A stretch of 64,000 bases of DNA from positions 83,824,001 through 83,888,000 of the forward strand of contig NC_083281.1 in NCBI RefSeq assembly GCF_963506605.1, in the 5' to 3' direction. Below, one piece after another: positions 1 through 11,303 of this stretch (its first letter is position 1; every line of letters begins with the position of its first letter). This stretch comes from Zootoca vivipara. Taxonomy: Eukaryota. The position numbers and the translations under genes were made by a program. The notes under the pieces were generated by a model that was not told the origin of the DNA, ran no database searches, and saw only the letters and a list, made by a program, of their open reading frames with translations.

Positions 1-3000
1 TGGGCAACTTTGCAAATTAGGCAAAGGACTGTCTGGATTTAACATAAAGTGAACATACAGCAAGGATCTGCTGCTTGTCAAAGCCGGCTGTAAAGCAATG
101 GTGTTAACATCTTTGTCAAGTTCTCACAAGTGTTTCAGCTGTTTTAAATGTACAGTACATCTGAAAATGCAACATACAAAGCGGCAACTGGTAGTCTAGA
201 GCTAACTGCCGGAGGAAAGACTAGAAATGGGTGTGGCAGGAGGCTGCCAGATAGAAACAGTCTGACCTGATTTAAGGCAGATTCCTCTATCTGTCCACCT
301 TGCTTGATGGGCAGTGTCTCAGGCATGGAAATTTATTTCACGTTCCCAGCTATTTTATTCTTTTAACTGGAGATGCAGGGAACTGAACCATGGACCTTTC
401 CAAAACAGGTACTCTACCTGTGGGTCCTCCCCAAAAGGATTTTTTCACTGGGATGCAAGCTATTTCCTTGCCCCGACTTGAACCCTCGAACTAGCGAGAC
501 CTGCGCTTTGGCTGGCATCCTGTGGCTTGTGCTATAGGGTTTAGTTGTGAGAATCAGGGGTTCCAATTAAGCCAAGATACCATTTTTTCATTCTGGTGCG
601 CAAATATACAAGAATTTCATATTGGTCTGGACACTCTTCGGCCCCACTGGACGTTGTTACTCAATCCATGCACAAAACCACTTATTTTACATAGTTATTT
701 GTCTTGTTTTTCGGTCGCTGTGTCTAGTATTTGGTTACAGTTATTTTTCTTTTTTTATACATTTCAAAATTAAATTAAAAACTTTATGAAAAAGAGGAGG
801 AAGAAGGGCCTAGCAGGCCCTTCAAGCAGGTGTGGGACTGGGGCAATCTGCATGGGATTAGGAAATACTGCTATTCTGGCTCTAAACAGGGGTCATTTAG
901 TTTACTAGTTATGAAGAATATGTGAGTTTTGCAAAAACAAAAAAATTTTTTTTACAAACCACCAGCTCCTTGAAAGCTTTGCCCACAGAAGGTCATGTAG
1001 AAATATGGCAGCCATATCCCTCCAAATGACTATTAGGTGAAGCTGCTTATGATGCCGCTGTAAGAGCAAGAAGAGTACAGTAAAGAGAACTACAGCTAGG
1101 TTTCCTCCCTGCATGCTAAAAAGAATGCAGCACACAAAAAATGGACAGGATTCGGAAAGCATAGGGTAATTTTCTGCATGTGTGTAAGACAAAGGTTTAG
1201 GAGATGGAGAGGAGACATTAAGTGTGACAGTCCTGAAGGAATCCCTACAGGAAGCATACAAGAAAAAAACACCCAAAGAGAAGGAAATAAAAAGAAGATT
1301 TTGAACAAATGATTTTTGGGTGGGTGAATTAAGATTATTACTTTTTTGCTTTAGCTTCTTTAAAGAATTAAACTAGTTGATTACAGTAAGTAGTGGCAGA
1401 GCTCATTGGAAACAACCGGCTGAACCAGTTGAGTAAGGTTCCCACACACACCCATTTCACCATCATCAACTCCCCTCCAAAATATTTCATTTTTTAAAAA
1501 AACATCTAAACCACTCTTTCTTTTCCTGATGTATTCCAGGATGGTTTACAATAATACAGTTGCCCCATCTGCACATAAGGCCAAGTCAAACCATGGGTAA
1601 ACATGAAAAAGCAAGTGTGCAGATACACTGAGCAAAAACTGGTGCTGCTTCACTCCTATCCAGGTCCTGCCGCTGCCGCCGCCACACTACCTAAGGCTAA
1701 ACCACTGTTCACCTTAGCATTAAGCACAAACCAGGTCAGTATAATACAATATAAATATAACTACATACAGTGATAAAACTAAGAGGTAGCAAATTATAAA
1801 ACTATAAAGCAGATATAACCATTGAAAAATGCTTCAGCAAATAAAAAGTTTATTGACCTGCCACTGAAAAGACTGTTGTTATCAAGCTGAACCACGTTAG
1901 GGAAGGCATTCAAAAGGGGTGCCACCACAGAAAAGCCCCTCTCCTTTAACATCGGAACATAAGAAGAGCCCTGCTGCATGAGACCAGTGGCCCATCTAGT
2001 CCAGCATTATGTTCTTACAGTGGCCAACCAGATGCTTCTAAGAAGCCCACAAGCAGCACATGAGAACAATAGCTTTCTCTGGCTCATGTTCCCCAGCAGC
2101 AGGTTTTTCAAGGCATGTTGCCTCTTATACCAGGGTAGATAGTCATCACAGGGAGTAATCACTGATGGCCTTATCCTCCATGAATTTGTCTAATCCCCTT
2201 TTCAATGCTGTCCAAGTTGGTGGTTATCACTACACCCTGTCAAAGCTAATTCCTTAGTTTAACTATGTGCTATGTGAAGAAGCACTTATTCTTGTCTTAA
2301 TTTTATTTTTGAAATGTACAAACTGTCCTTCATCCCCAAAAAATGGATTGGTACACAAAGAAACACAAAAGTTACTGACACACTACTACACAAACCAACA
2401 ACACTAAGTCAAATAAAACCATTCAATTACCACAGAGAAGAACCCTCTCCCTTGCACATGTACCTGAAGTACTTCTAAAGATGGAACAGGTAACATTCAT
2501 TTATCACCAACCCACTCTGCAGAAATTTTGGAGAACACAATTTAGGAAGAGAAGAGAAGCAGGCTGTGAAGGTGGAAAATTGGTGTATCCTGTGCTGACC
2601 AGAGCCATTGTTAACAGGTGGCCCAGGGAGCCCAAACCCCCAGATCACTTACCCTTACCCTCCACCCGTTTTAAACTTAACATTTTAAATTTTTCTTTGC
2701 TTACAAAGTGGTTGAGCACAGTTCAATGCTCACTAATGACAAGGCCACAGCCATCCTTCATTGCTTTCTATTTGTGGCAAACATTGTGTTGATCTGTGGT
2801 CATTGGACTGGGTATAGATGGCATTGACTGGTGGCAGGGACTTTAAGTACGTATATGAAATAGGTAGATGAAGATGGGAAGGAGAAGAGGTGCTAGAGAT
2901 GAATGTGCTCATGTGTGAAAGTCACGTTGTTGTCAAAGGTTAGTTTTAATTTGAATGTGTATATAACCAGAGGGCCCAATCAACACAATGCAGCCCCTAA

Positions 3001-3899
3001 ACCCTGCTGGCATCCTATAGGAATGGAAAAGAAATTGATCCACATTTTGAAATGAACCAACCTAAATTGCTGGTCCCACAGTTATATGTGGATCAGCCTC
3101 TGTATGAATTTGGCAATGCAGTTTTTTGTTTTTTAAAAAGGCACAAGTACATTTCACAGAAAAAGGCATACTTAGGGGAAATGAAAGCATGCAAAACTGT
3201 ATCTCTTAGGGGATGAATGTATACAATCTAAATGTGAATTTTTCATGTTTTGTTTTAATCTGCAAAAAAAAATGAGATGGGGTGGACTTACAGAGGCTGA
3301 GCCATCCATCCCATTCCAGAGCTCAGAGTAAGCCCTGGCAGCAAGAACCAAAAAAACTCAAGGGCAGATCCACAGTATACATTTAAGGCATGTTCAGTCA
3401 GTGCACATTTAAAGCACATTACTGTACTCTCCCACCCCCAAATCCTGGGAACTGCAGTTTGTTATGGACGCTGAAAATGGTATCTAAGGGGCAGAAACCA
3501 CAGTTAATAGGATTCTATGGAGGAAATGTGTGTGCTGAATATGCTCTCAATGTATACCATGGATCTGACCTGAGAAGAGGCTTGCTGCTGGATCAGACCC
3601 ACCTAGCTCAGCATCCTGTCCACGCAGCAGTCAACCAGATGCCCAGAAGCAGGACCCCACCGCCTCTGAAACTAACCCCTAAATTTATACGTTGCACACA
3701 AATTACGATGATTTTGTTTCACGGGCCTGTGTGAGCCCCACCACACCTTTTAAAAGTACTTAGCGATGCTTCTAACGCTCGTGGGGGGGGGGGGGGAGAG
3801 AGAGCCAGCGAACAAGAGTGACTCCATGATGGTGGGTGGTGCTGCTTAGAGGAAATGAGGGGTTTTTGGGGGGAGGGAAGGATGGTTGGATAAATGGGG

Positions 3900-4830
3900 G
3901 GGAGAGAAATGAGGCGGAGGGCGCGCGAGCAAGCAGTGGGGGAGGGTGGAGATGAAACGCTGAAGGGGAGTGACGTTTACGGGGGTAAACGTCGGGGGAG
4001 AGGCGCGGGCGCGCGAGCAACGGCCGGCTGGAGACGGACATTCGAACGAGCAACCAGGCGCGCGCAAACAGGCTGACGGACGAGCGCGCGTGCGCGAGCA
4101 GCCAAACGGACTGAGGGGGAGAGAGAGAGAGAGAAAGCAAGCAAGCAGTCGCCTACTCACCGCGCGGCGCCTTTTGTTGCCAGGCGAGGCGTAAAGCGCT
4201 TACCTGAAGTGGAGGCGGCGGCGGCGGCAGTTATTAGCAGCACTAGTAATAATAAGAATAAGAATGTTGTTGTTGTTGTTACTGGGTCAGGGAGGAGCCC
4301 TCGAGTGGCCCTCCCGCGTAGACAAGGAGGGAAGCTGAGGCAGGATCGTGCCCTCGTCCTCTCAGCACTTGGAGCGGCTGAGCCTCCTTCTGCGCCTGAG
4401 GGGAGAGAAGCCCCGAACGGTGTGTGTGTGTATAAGCGGCAGCCGCTGCTTCTGCTCTTCTTCCTCCTCCTCCTCCCTCCGTCGTCGTGACTCACAGCGG
4501 CGGCGACCGAGGGAGGGAGCGGAGGAGGCGCCTGGGCGACTCCGGGTGGGAGGGACCCGCCGCCGCCGCTGCTTGCCGCGTCCCAGCGCCCGAGGCCGCT
4601 GAGAGGCGGCAAGCCGCGTCGCCTCAGGCAGCCGCCTCCAACGGCAACCTGAGGTAAAAGGGGGCGTGACCAACGCGGAGCTTGCGGCTGGAGAAGGAAG
4701 CTATTGTTTCGGGGAGGGGCGTGGCCGAAGGGGAAGGGGGTCGGGGAAGGGAGGAGCTACAATGAGAGGGGGGCGTGAAAGTAGCATGGGGCGGGGTCGT
4801 CGTCGGGAGGCGGGGCTTACAACGTCTCGG
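3900..4830 (-). promoter_or_regulatory. CTNNBIP1: CpG island: promoter and non-coding first exon(s), probably of CTNNBIP1 (ICAT); its coding exons would lie left of the window
   Basis: Dense CpG/CGCG; clustered GGGGCGTG/GGGGCGGGG Sp/KLF boxes at ~4660-4820; strong minus-strand donors GCT|GTGAGT (4496), CAG|GTAAGC (4204) and GCG|GTGAGT (4161). Gene identity rests only on conserved synteny next to LZIC. Confidence 0.65.
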
Positions 4831-5274
4831 GGTGGGAATAGGAGCAGTAAAGCTGCACTGAATGGAGTGCTGTTGTGCTCTGGTCCTGTTCATCGGCTTT
4901 GGACTGGCAGGGCTAGAGCCACTGGCCTGATACAGCAGCAAGGCTCTTTTTGTGTTTTATTCTGGTGCCCTCCAGATATTTTGGGCTATAGTGCACATCT
5001 GCCTCAGGTGCAGGGGGCTGCAGCTCAGCGCTGGAGCACATGCTTTGCATGCAGCTTTAATCCCTGCAGCTTCCGCTAGGGATGGAAAATATTCCCATTC
5101 TGAAATCCTGGAGAGCCACTGCCAGTCAGTGTTGACAGACGTACTGACTCTGTACTGTACTGGTGGCTGCTGTTGTTATTCCTACACCCTGCCCATCTAG
5201 CTGGGTTTCCCCAGCCACTCTGGGCAGCATAGTCTCCTATGTTTCCTTATAAAGATAAACAGTGACTTTTAATT

Positions 5275-5488
5275 ACAGGTAGGTAGCCGTGTTGGTCTGA
5301 GTCGAAGCAAAATAAAAAAATTCCTTCCGTAGCACCTTAAAGACCAACTACGTTTTTATTTTGGTATGAGCTTTCGTGTGCATGCACACTTCTTCAGATA
5401 CACTGAAACAGAAGAGCCAGACCCTTATGTATATTCAGAGGGTGGTGGGGGTGGGTGATGGGCTGATAGGAGTGGTAAACCTGTTGAT
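5275..5488 (-). mobile_element. Penelope-like element terminal (pLTR) fragment
   Basis: Reptile PLE-type terminal sequence (gtagccgtgttggtc...agcaccttaaagaccaact...atgagctttcgtgtgcatgcacacttcttcag); 13-bp flanking duplication gtgacttttaatt at 5262-5274 and 5489-5501. Confidence 0.8.
5364..5401 (-). ncRNA. Minimal type-I hammerhead ribozyme motif within the Penelope fragment
   Basis: Minus strand reads GUAU-CUGAAGA-A-GUGUG(CAUG)CACAC-GAAA-GC-UC-AUAC: core CUGANGA and GAAA, stem II, stem I GUAU/AUAC, palindromic AGCU mini stem III. Confidence 0.65.
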
Positions 5489-5668
5489 GTGACTTTTAAT
5501 TTAGCATAACAGTGAAAGTGTGCAAGCATTTTTTTGCATAAATCATGCAAATAAAACAAATAGCCATAAAACTATAATCTTAGCCACCTTTATCACCTCT
5601 GCCATCATTAAAATTGTTTTCAAACAGTTTGTCTGAATTTTACATGAAGGGGCATTATACCTTGTTTA

Positions 5669-6028
5669 AAAGGTAAAGGTAAAGGACCCCTGACAGTTAA
5701 GTCAAGTCGCAAACCGCTCTGGCGCTCATCTCGCTTTACTGGCCAAGGGAGCTGACGTTTGTCCGCAGACAGTTTTTCCAGGTCATGTGCCCAGCCTGAC
5801 TAAGCCACTTCCGGCGAAACCAGAGCAGCGCATGGAAATGCCTTTTACCTTCCCGTGGAGCAGTACCTATTTATCTACTTGCACTTTGATGTGCTTTCGA
5901 ACTGCTAGGTTGGCAGGAGCTGGGACCAAGCAATGGGAGCTCACCCCATTGCGGGGATTTGAACCACTGACCTTCTGATCGGCAAGCCCTAGGCTCTGTG
6001 GTTTAGACCACAGTGGCACCCGCATCCC
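5669..6028 (-). mobile_element. Sauria SINE, near full length
   Basis: Minus strand starts GGGATGCGGGTGCCACTGTGGTCTAAACCAC and ends in an (ACCTTT)n tail; 13-bp TSD tataccttgttta at 5656-5668 and 6029-6041. Confidence 0.9.
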
Positions 6029-7794
6029 TATACCTTGTTTAGAGGTTTTTAAATGGATATTGTGTGGACGGTCACTGGAAGGACAGAGAACTGAGACAAT
6101 CTTCCACCACCTTCAGAATACAGTGTACCAATGACATGTTTTTCCATGATCTGGCACTGGCACAATATCAGGGAGTAGGACAAATAGGCAAGTCATGTAG
6201 CAACCACTTCAGTGAGCTATGGAGAATATATAGGAGAAGAGTTCCACACTTTGAGGTCAAAGAGAGGAAATCAACAAGTAGGTCATAGCTGTATAATGAG
6301 AGGAGCTGGGAACTGGATTTCTCGCTTAAGGAATATAAGTAGCAGGACAGTGGTTACTTAGCTGGACAGTAGAAAATCCTCCTCCCCCATATTCTTTATG
6401 CCAGGCCAACCCCAGAGGACCTGGCTGCCCAGGTATGGTTACTGTTTCCTTTACTTCTCACTGTATATTGTATCTCTATCCAATAAGGTGCAGCAACAAA
6501 TAGGCCTGTGCTTTCCAATCTGTGCTTCAGTACTTAAAGGACATCAAAGCATGATGGCACAGAAATATACAACCTGTCAGTTAATGAAGACCTTAACATG
6601 AAAGGCCGTGAAAAGAGCAAAAGCAAGCTGCAGACAGGAACTGGGAGGGTGTAAATATGCTGGGATCTGAGATGATCACTAACACGTACCCAGCAAGCAG
6701 CAGGCAGTAATGATGATTAATTATTTAAGAAAAACTGAGTGCGTCAGCTCAGACTGAAGCAGGGGAGGGGGTGAGACGGAAACATCACTCTGGGATCCTT
6801 CTGTTAGAGTTACATTAATTAGCACGGTGTGTGAAGCGCAGAAAAATATCCAAAGACATTCTATCGTGAGGTGGGAGACCTGCAATTAAGGCATCTGTTT
6901 ACCCTTTGTATCTGACAGAGATGGCTTTTGAAGGAATTACTGGCTTAATGCAATTTTAAAAACACACCATATGTTCTGCTTTGTCCTCATTTGGCTGCTT
7001 GATTGTATCAATGTCTCAGGGCAGGGCGGGGGATAATCTGTGGCCCTCAGATGTTCTAGGATGCTAACTCCCATCAGTCCCAGCCAGTATGGCTGATGGT
7101 CAGGGATGATGGGAGTTGTAAATCCAACTAAAGCTGGAGGGCCACAGATTCCCCACCCTTGCTTTAGGACAGGGCAAAATCTCCTTCCCTGCAATTTCTA
7201 GTTCTTCCCTCTGCAGCAAGAGAAAGAAAAAAGTTCCACCTCAGTATACTTGAGGACCACTATTATATGTGTGCCCAACCCCCCCTGGAAGATTTTATTT
7301 ACTATTTATTGATTGCCTTTCTGCAAAGTCTGGTGGTACCCAGCTAATGCAAAGCAGGGACTTGTAGTTGATAGGTGATTGGGAGGGGCAACTCAAGCAA
7401 ACATTATCTTTGCTGCAGAACTTGCACTGCCTTGTTCCAAGGGACAGAATTTTAGGAGAGGACAAGGTGATGGATAGTAAGAAAAAAAATGCAGGTACAT
7501 TAAGGGTGAATCAAACGGGAAAGCATTTCAGCAAGAAAGGGAGGGGATGGGGGAGATTGAGCACAGGACAAGAAGCTATTTGCAAGCTGCTGTTGCTCCT
7601 GACCCAGTTCTTAGTCTGATATGGTCTGATCCTCTAGAGATGTACAGAAGGAACGGCAAGTGACATCATCTTTGTTTAAATGGCTGCGGTGCACAGCTCT
7701 CAAACCTGCTTGCTTTCCCATACACATCTTTTTAAAATGATAGTTTAATCTTAACCTATAACTCAAGTGATATTAGGAAGCTTAATGACTTTTA

Positions 7795-8012
7795 CAGTGG
7801 TACCTCGGGTTACTGACGCTTCAGCTTACAGACTCCGCTAACCCAGAAATAGTACCTCGGGTTAAGAACTTTGCTTCAGGATGAGAACAGAAATTGTGCG
7901 GTCGCGGCGGCAGCGGGAGGCCCCATTAGCTAAAGTACCTCAAGTTAAGAACGGTTTCAGGTTAAGAACGGCCCTCCGGAACGAATTAAGTTATTAACCC
8001 GAGGAACCACTG
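7795..8012. mobile_element. Tc1/mariner (Tigger-like) MITE
   Basis: TIRs CAGTGGTACCTCGGGTTA / TAACCCGAGGAACCACTG with TA on both sides. Confidence 0.85.
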
Positions 8013-8847
8013 TATTTGTAAATGATGTACTATTGGGTGACTGGTGTGTGTGTTTTATTATACAATGTAAGACCCTTTGGGGTAAGACCCCGCCCCCCAA
8101 AAAACCCGACTTTTTAAAGGCATTAAATGGCGTTATACATTTCTATAGTTTCCTGCTGTTGGTTCAGAGCTTTGCATGACACCTCCAGTTCCCTTTGCTT
8201 TATGCATCTTTTTTCCTAGCCGTAGCTGAAAATCAGGTATCATAAGCCCTAGCTCCTCCATTTGCTGCTTTGCACAGCCAGCCTTAACACTGGACAAAGA
8301 CGCTCTGCTTCAATCTCTTGCCGTTAGCCAACCATGATAATCTGCTTTGAAATTCATTTAGGATTCTTTCATAATCCAGCTGCCACCACACACCAAGACT
8401 TTCCATATGACCACAGGGGTAGATTAGTTCTGATGTTAAGATGGTGCTCCTGGTCAAATTGAAATCTTTGCCATGGCATAATTATTAGGATTTTACGCAC
8501 CCTTAGGAGAGCGCCCACTGTAACTTTTCGCCAGAAACAATTTTATGGACAATCAATATAATAAACTACATCCCGCATTTTTGGAATCCAAAATGACCAT
8601 TCTTTTTATGAGGACTATCCATATTATGAGGTATTGTTTTTACTTTTAATGAAGTATTCTTGCAGCAGGAAAAAAAGGCTGGGAAATTTTGTTCCCACTC
8701 CATAAGAGAAGAGATTAAGAGGCAAAAATAGTATATTTTGTATTTCATAATGTTGCATAACTTAGAAAAAGAGCATTGAGTGCAGAAAATGAATGACAAG
8801 TGACCTACCTCACAGGACTACTCTGAAAGCAAAGGATGGCTACAGCG

Positions 8848-9363
8848 CAGAGGTGGTGAACCCCTGGGCCAGTCTTCGCCTGCCAGGGGGTCCAAGTGAG
8901 CCTATGCATCCATTTCCCTCAAACCACGCCTTCTAGCTCTAGCCGATGTCTCTCGCAACATCATCATGTGACTGAAGGCAGGACAGGGTTAAATCCTGCA
9001 TTGGCTGTGTACCTGTTCCCATTAGAGAACAGATCAGAATTTAATCTCCCGCTTGTCTGCTGATGAGCAGGGGCAGGATACCATGTAAACCCCTTCTTGA
9101 ATCAGAAAGAGGTAAACATCAGAATTCTCTGCTAGAACAGTTTCCTTCCCTTCATTTTAGTAGGGCTTTCAATGCAAACCATCAAAAAGTCCTGTATAAA
9201 ACAAAGAGGGCCAGCATCATTTTTAGCAGCACTTTGCACCTGATGTCCTTGTGCTGTCAGGTGATTGATAGGTGGGTAGAGCCACCCACCTGATAAATTT
9301 GTTCAACATGGCCAATCCTGATGAGAATTTGGTCTGTGGAGCCAAAAAGGCTAACCACCCCTG
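8848..9363. mobile_element. Old hAT-type non-autonomous element
   Basis: CAGAGGTGG...CCACCCCTG termini; degenerate 8-bp TSD ctacagcg/ctatagag. Confidence 0.5.
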
Positions 9364-10468
9364 CTATAGAGAATGTTGCTCACTAGAAAAGATGCACCTG
9401 TAAGATACGTATATGTTCTCAATGCCGAGTAACTTTCCTTCTGCTTTCCACATCTGAAGAGGGACTTTCAGAGTTACTAATTTGCAGTTGAGTTTTTGAA
9501 AAGAGATTACAGTTTTACGCCAACAACACTAAGGCACCTTGAGCTTTCTTTATAATTGCTTTAAGCAAGTTCTGGATGCCTAACAAGAAAATACAACCCT
9601 CTCAAAGAATGTATTCCAAATTAAATGCCATATTTGAAACCATTGGCATTTTAAAGGGAAAGTTGTTGTTATAAGGCACTGCTTGTGTCCTTAAAAAGTA
9701 GATGGGTGGGGGAATATAAAATTGTCAATAAAGATAAAATGCATTTCTCAGTGATGGTTTATTAAAGTGAAATGAACAATATGCAAAGAGAGACAAGTAA
9801 ATGCAAATCTCTGAGCTGAGTGAGGGAGAGAGATCAGAAGAAGAAGCCTGTTTAAAGCCGGTGTGACTGCTGGGTTTGGCTCAAGGCACGGATTTGCAAT
9901 GGCACAGCAGCAAAGCTTCCCTTCTGCAGGCAAGGAACTAACCCTCTAATCATCACTAATGAGACAGCTACAGCATTTCGGGGAAAGGTCTGTAACCACT
10001 GTGACTTCACACAAGCTGTTATGTAGCCATCAGTTTTAAAAGGGAAGAAACATTTAAAAGGATGCAATTCCCAACTGCCAAGGCCTAATCACAAGCCACA
10101 GAGGGCAGTGAAGACCACAAACAGGGCAGTCAACTCTAGGAAATGCTGCACAGAGGCTTTCAGAGTCACAAAGCTCAAACACATACACACTTCCCAGTAG
10201 ACCTGCTCTCTCCTCTAACCAGGGTTTCCCCATATTTCTGTGGGACATAAGCCACCACACTTTGGAACTGGATGCTAGGTATGGTGGTATGGCTTCTCCC
10301 CATGTTTCCCATGGGCTTCTTGCTCTTTGAACAGACTACATAACAGGCAGAAATTCAGCTGATTGAGCTTTCCATTGTATTGACAGTAAAGGCTGCAACT
10401 CTTTACTGCTTACTTGTTGGGCAGCTTTTAAAGGCAAAAGAGTGCTGCCAGGGTGAAAAGGGAACCCT

Positions 10469-10958
10469 CAGTGGCGTAGCAAGAGGGGGCGATAGGGGCG
10501 GTCCACCCAGCGACTCCCAAGGCGAGCCCCTCCAGCCTCCCAGTAAAAAGCCCGCTCAGCACGGCATGGCGCGCTGAGCCGAGCAAGCTTTTTACCTGGA
10601 GGCTCGGGAGTCGGGGGGTGCCGACTGTCACCCCTGTCCAGCTCCAGGGTGGCACCTGCCCACCGCGCCGAGCGAGGCTTTCTAGGCTGGAGGCTCTGTT
10701 TAGGCTCCATTTTGAAGTCGCGGGGGGGGGGGGTCCTCTCTACGTATCACGCATGTGCAGCGGGATGCTATCTACCTGGAGCCTGGACGCTCCGTTTAGG
10801 CTCCGCTTTGAACTCGCGGGGGGCACGATCCCCCTCTACGTTGTACGCATGCGCAGCTTCATTACGTAGCAACGCATGCGTCATTACGTAGCAACGCCCC
10901 GCCCCCTGGGCACGGCAATTTGCCACCCCGGGTGACAAAGCGGCTTCCTCCGCCACTG
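10469..10958. mobile_element. CpG-rich hAT-type non-autonomous element
   Basis: TIR CAGTGGCG...CGCCACTG; 8-bp TSD ggaaccct/gaaaccct; internal direct repeats (gtttaggctcc...cgcggggg; cattacgtagcaacgc x2). Confidence 0.8.
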
Positions 10959-11055
10959 GAAACCCTAACATGTTCTCCACTGTAAAACCTCATATGTGAC
11001 TTTTGTTTTTTATCTGTCAAATCTATGACTAAAGGAAGTTTTCAACAGCTCCAAT

Positions 11056-11303
11056 TAGGGCTGCCATACATCCTGATTTTCCAGGACATTACTGGGATTT
11101 CAAAGGCAGAATTGACATCTGGGGGGGGGGGATTTCCAAATGGCAGCGCTTTGTCCTGTATGTTAGGCAAGTCAATCCAAAAATCGTGGGTTTTTTGGTG
11201 TTTTTGTAAAGAAAAGCTCAACAATTTCAGTGGTTTCCTAAAAAAAAAAAATCATCAATTTTCCGGTGTCCTGGTTTTAACTTTTTGAAATATGGCAACC
11301 CTA
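11056..11303. mobile_element. hAT MITE with TAGGG-type TIR
   Basis: TAGGGCTGCCATA...TATGGCAACCCTA; 8-bp TSD gctccaat/actccaat. Confidence 0.8.

Noticed and set aside
3772-5079. Many overlapping 60-150-aa ORFs over the first CpG island
   Set aside because: Low-complexity Pro/Arg/Ala/Gly products on both strands, typical of stop-poor GC-rich DNA; no recognisable protein.
6060-9800. Possible additional exons or lncRNA between CTNNBIP1 and LZIC
   Set aside because: Only scattered splice-like motifs; I could not build a phase-consistent chain or a recognisable product.
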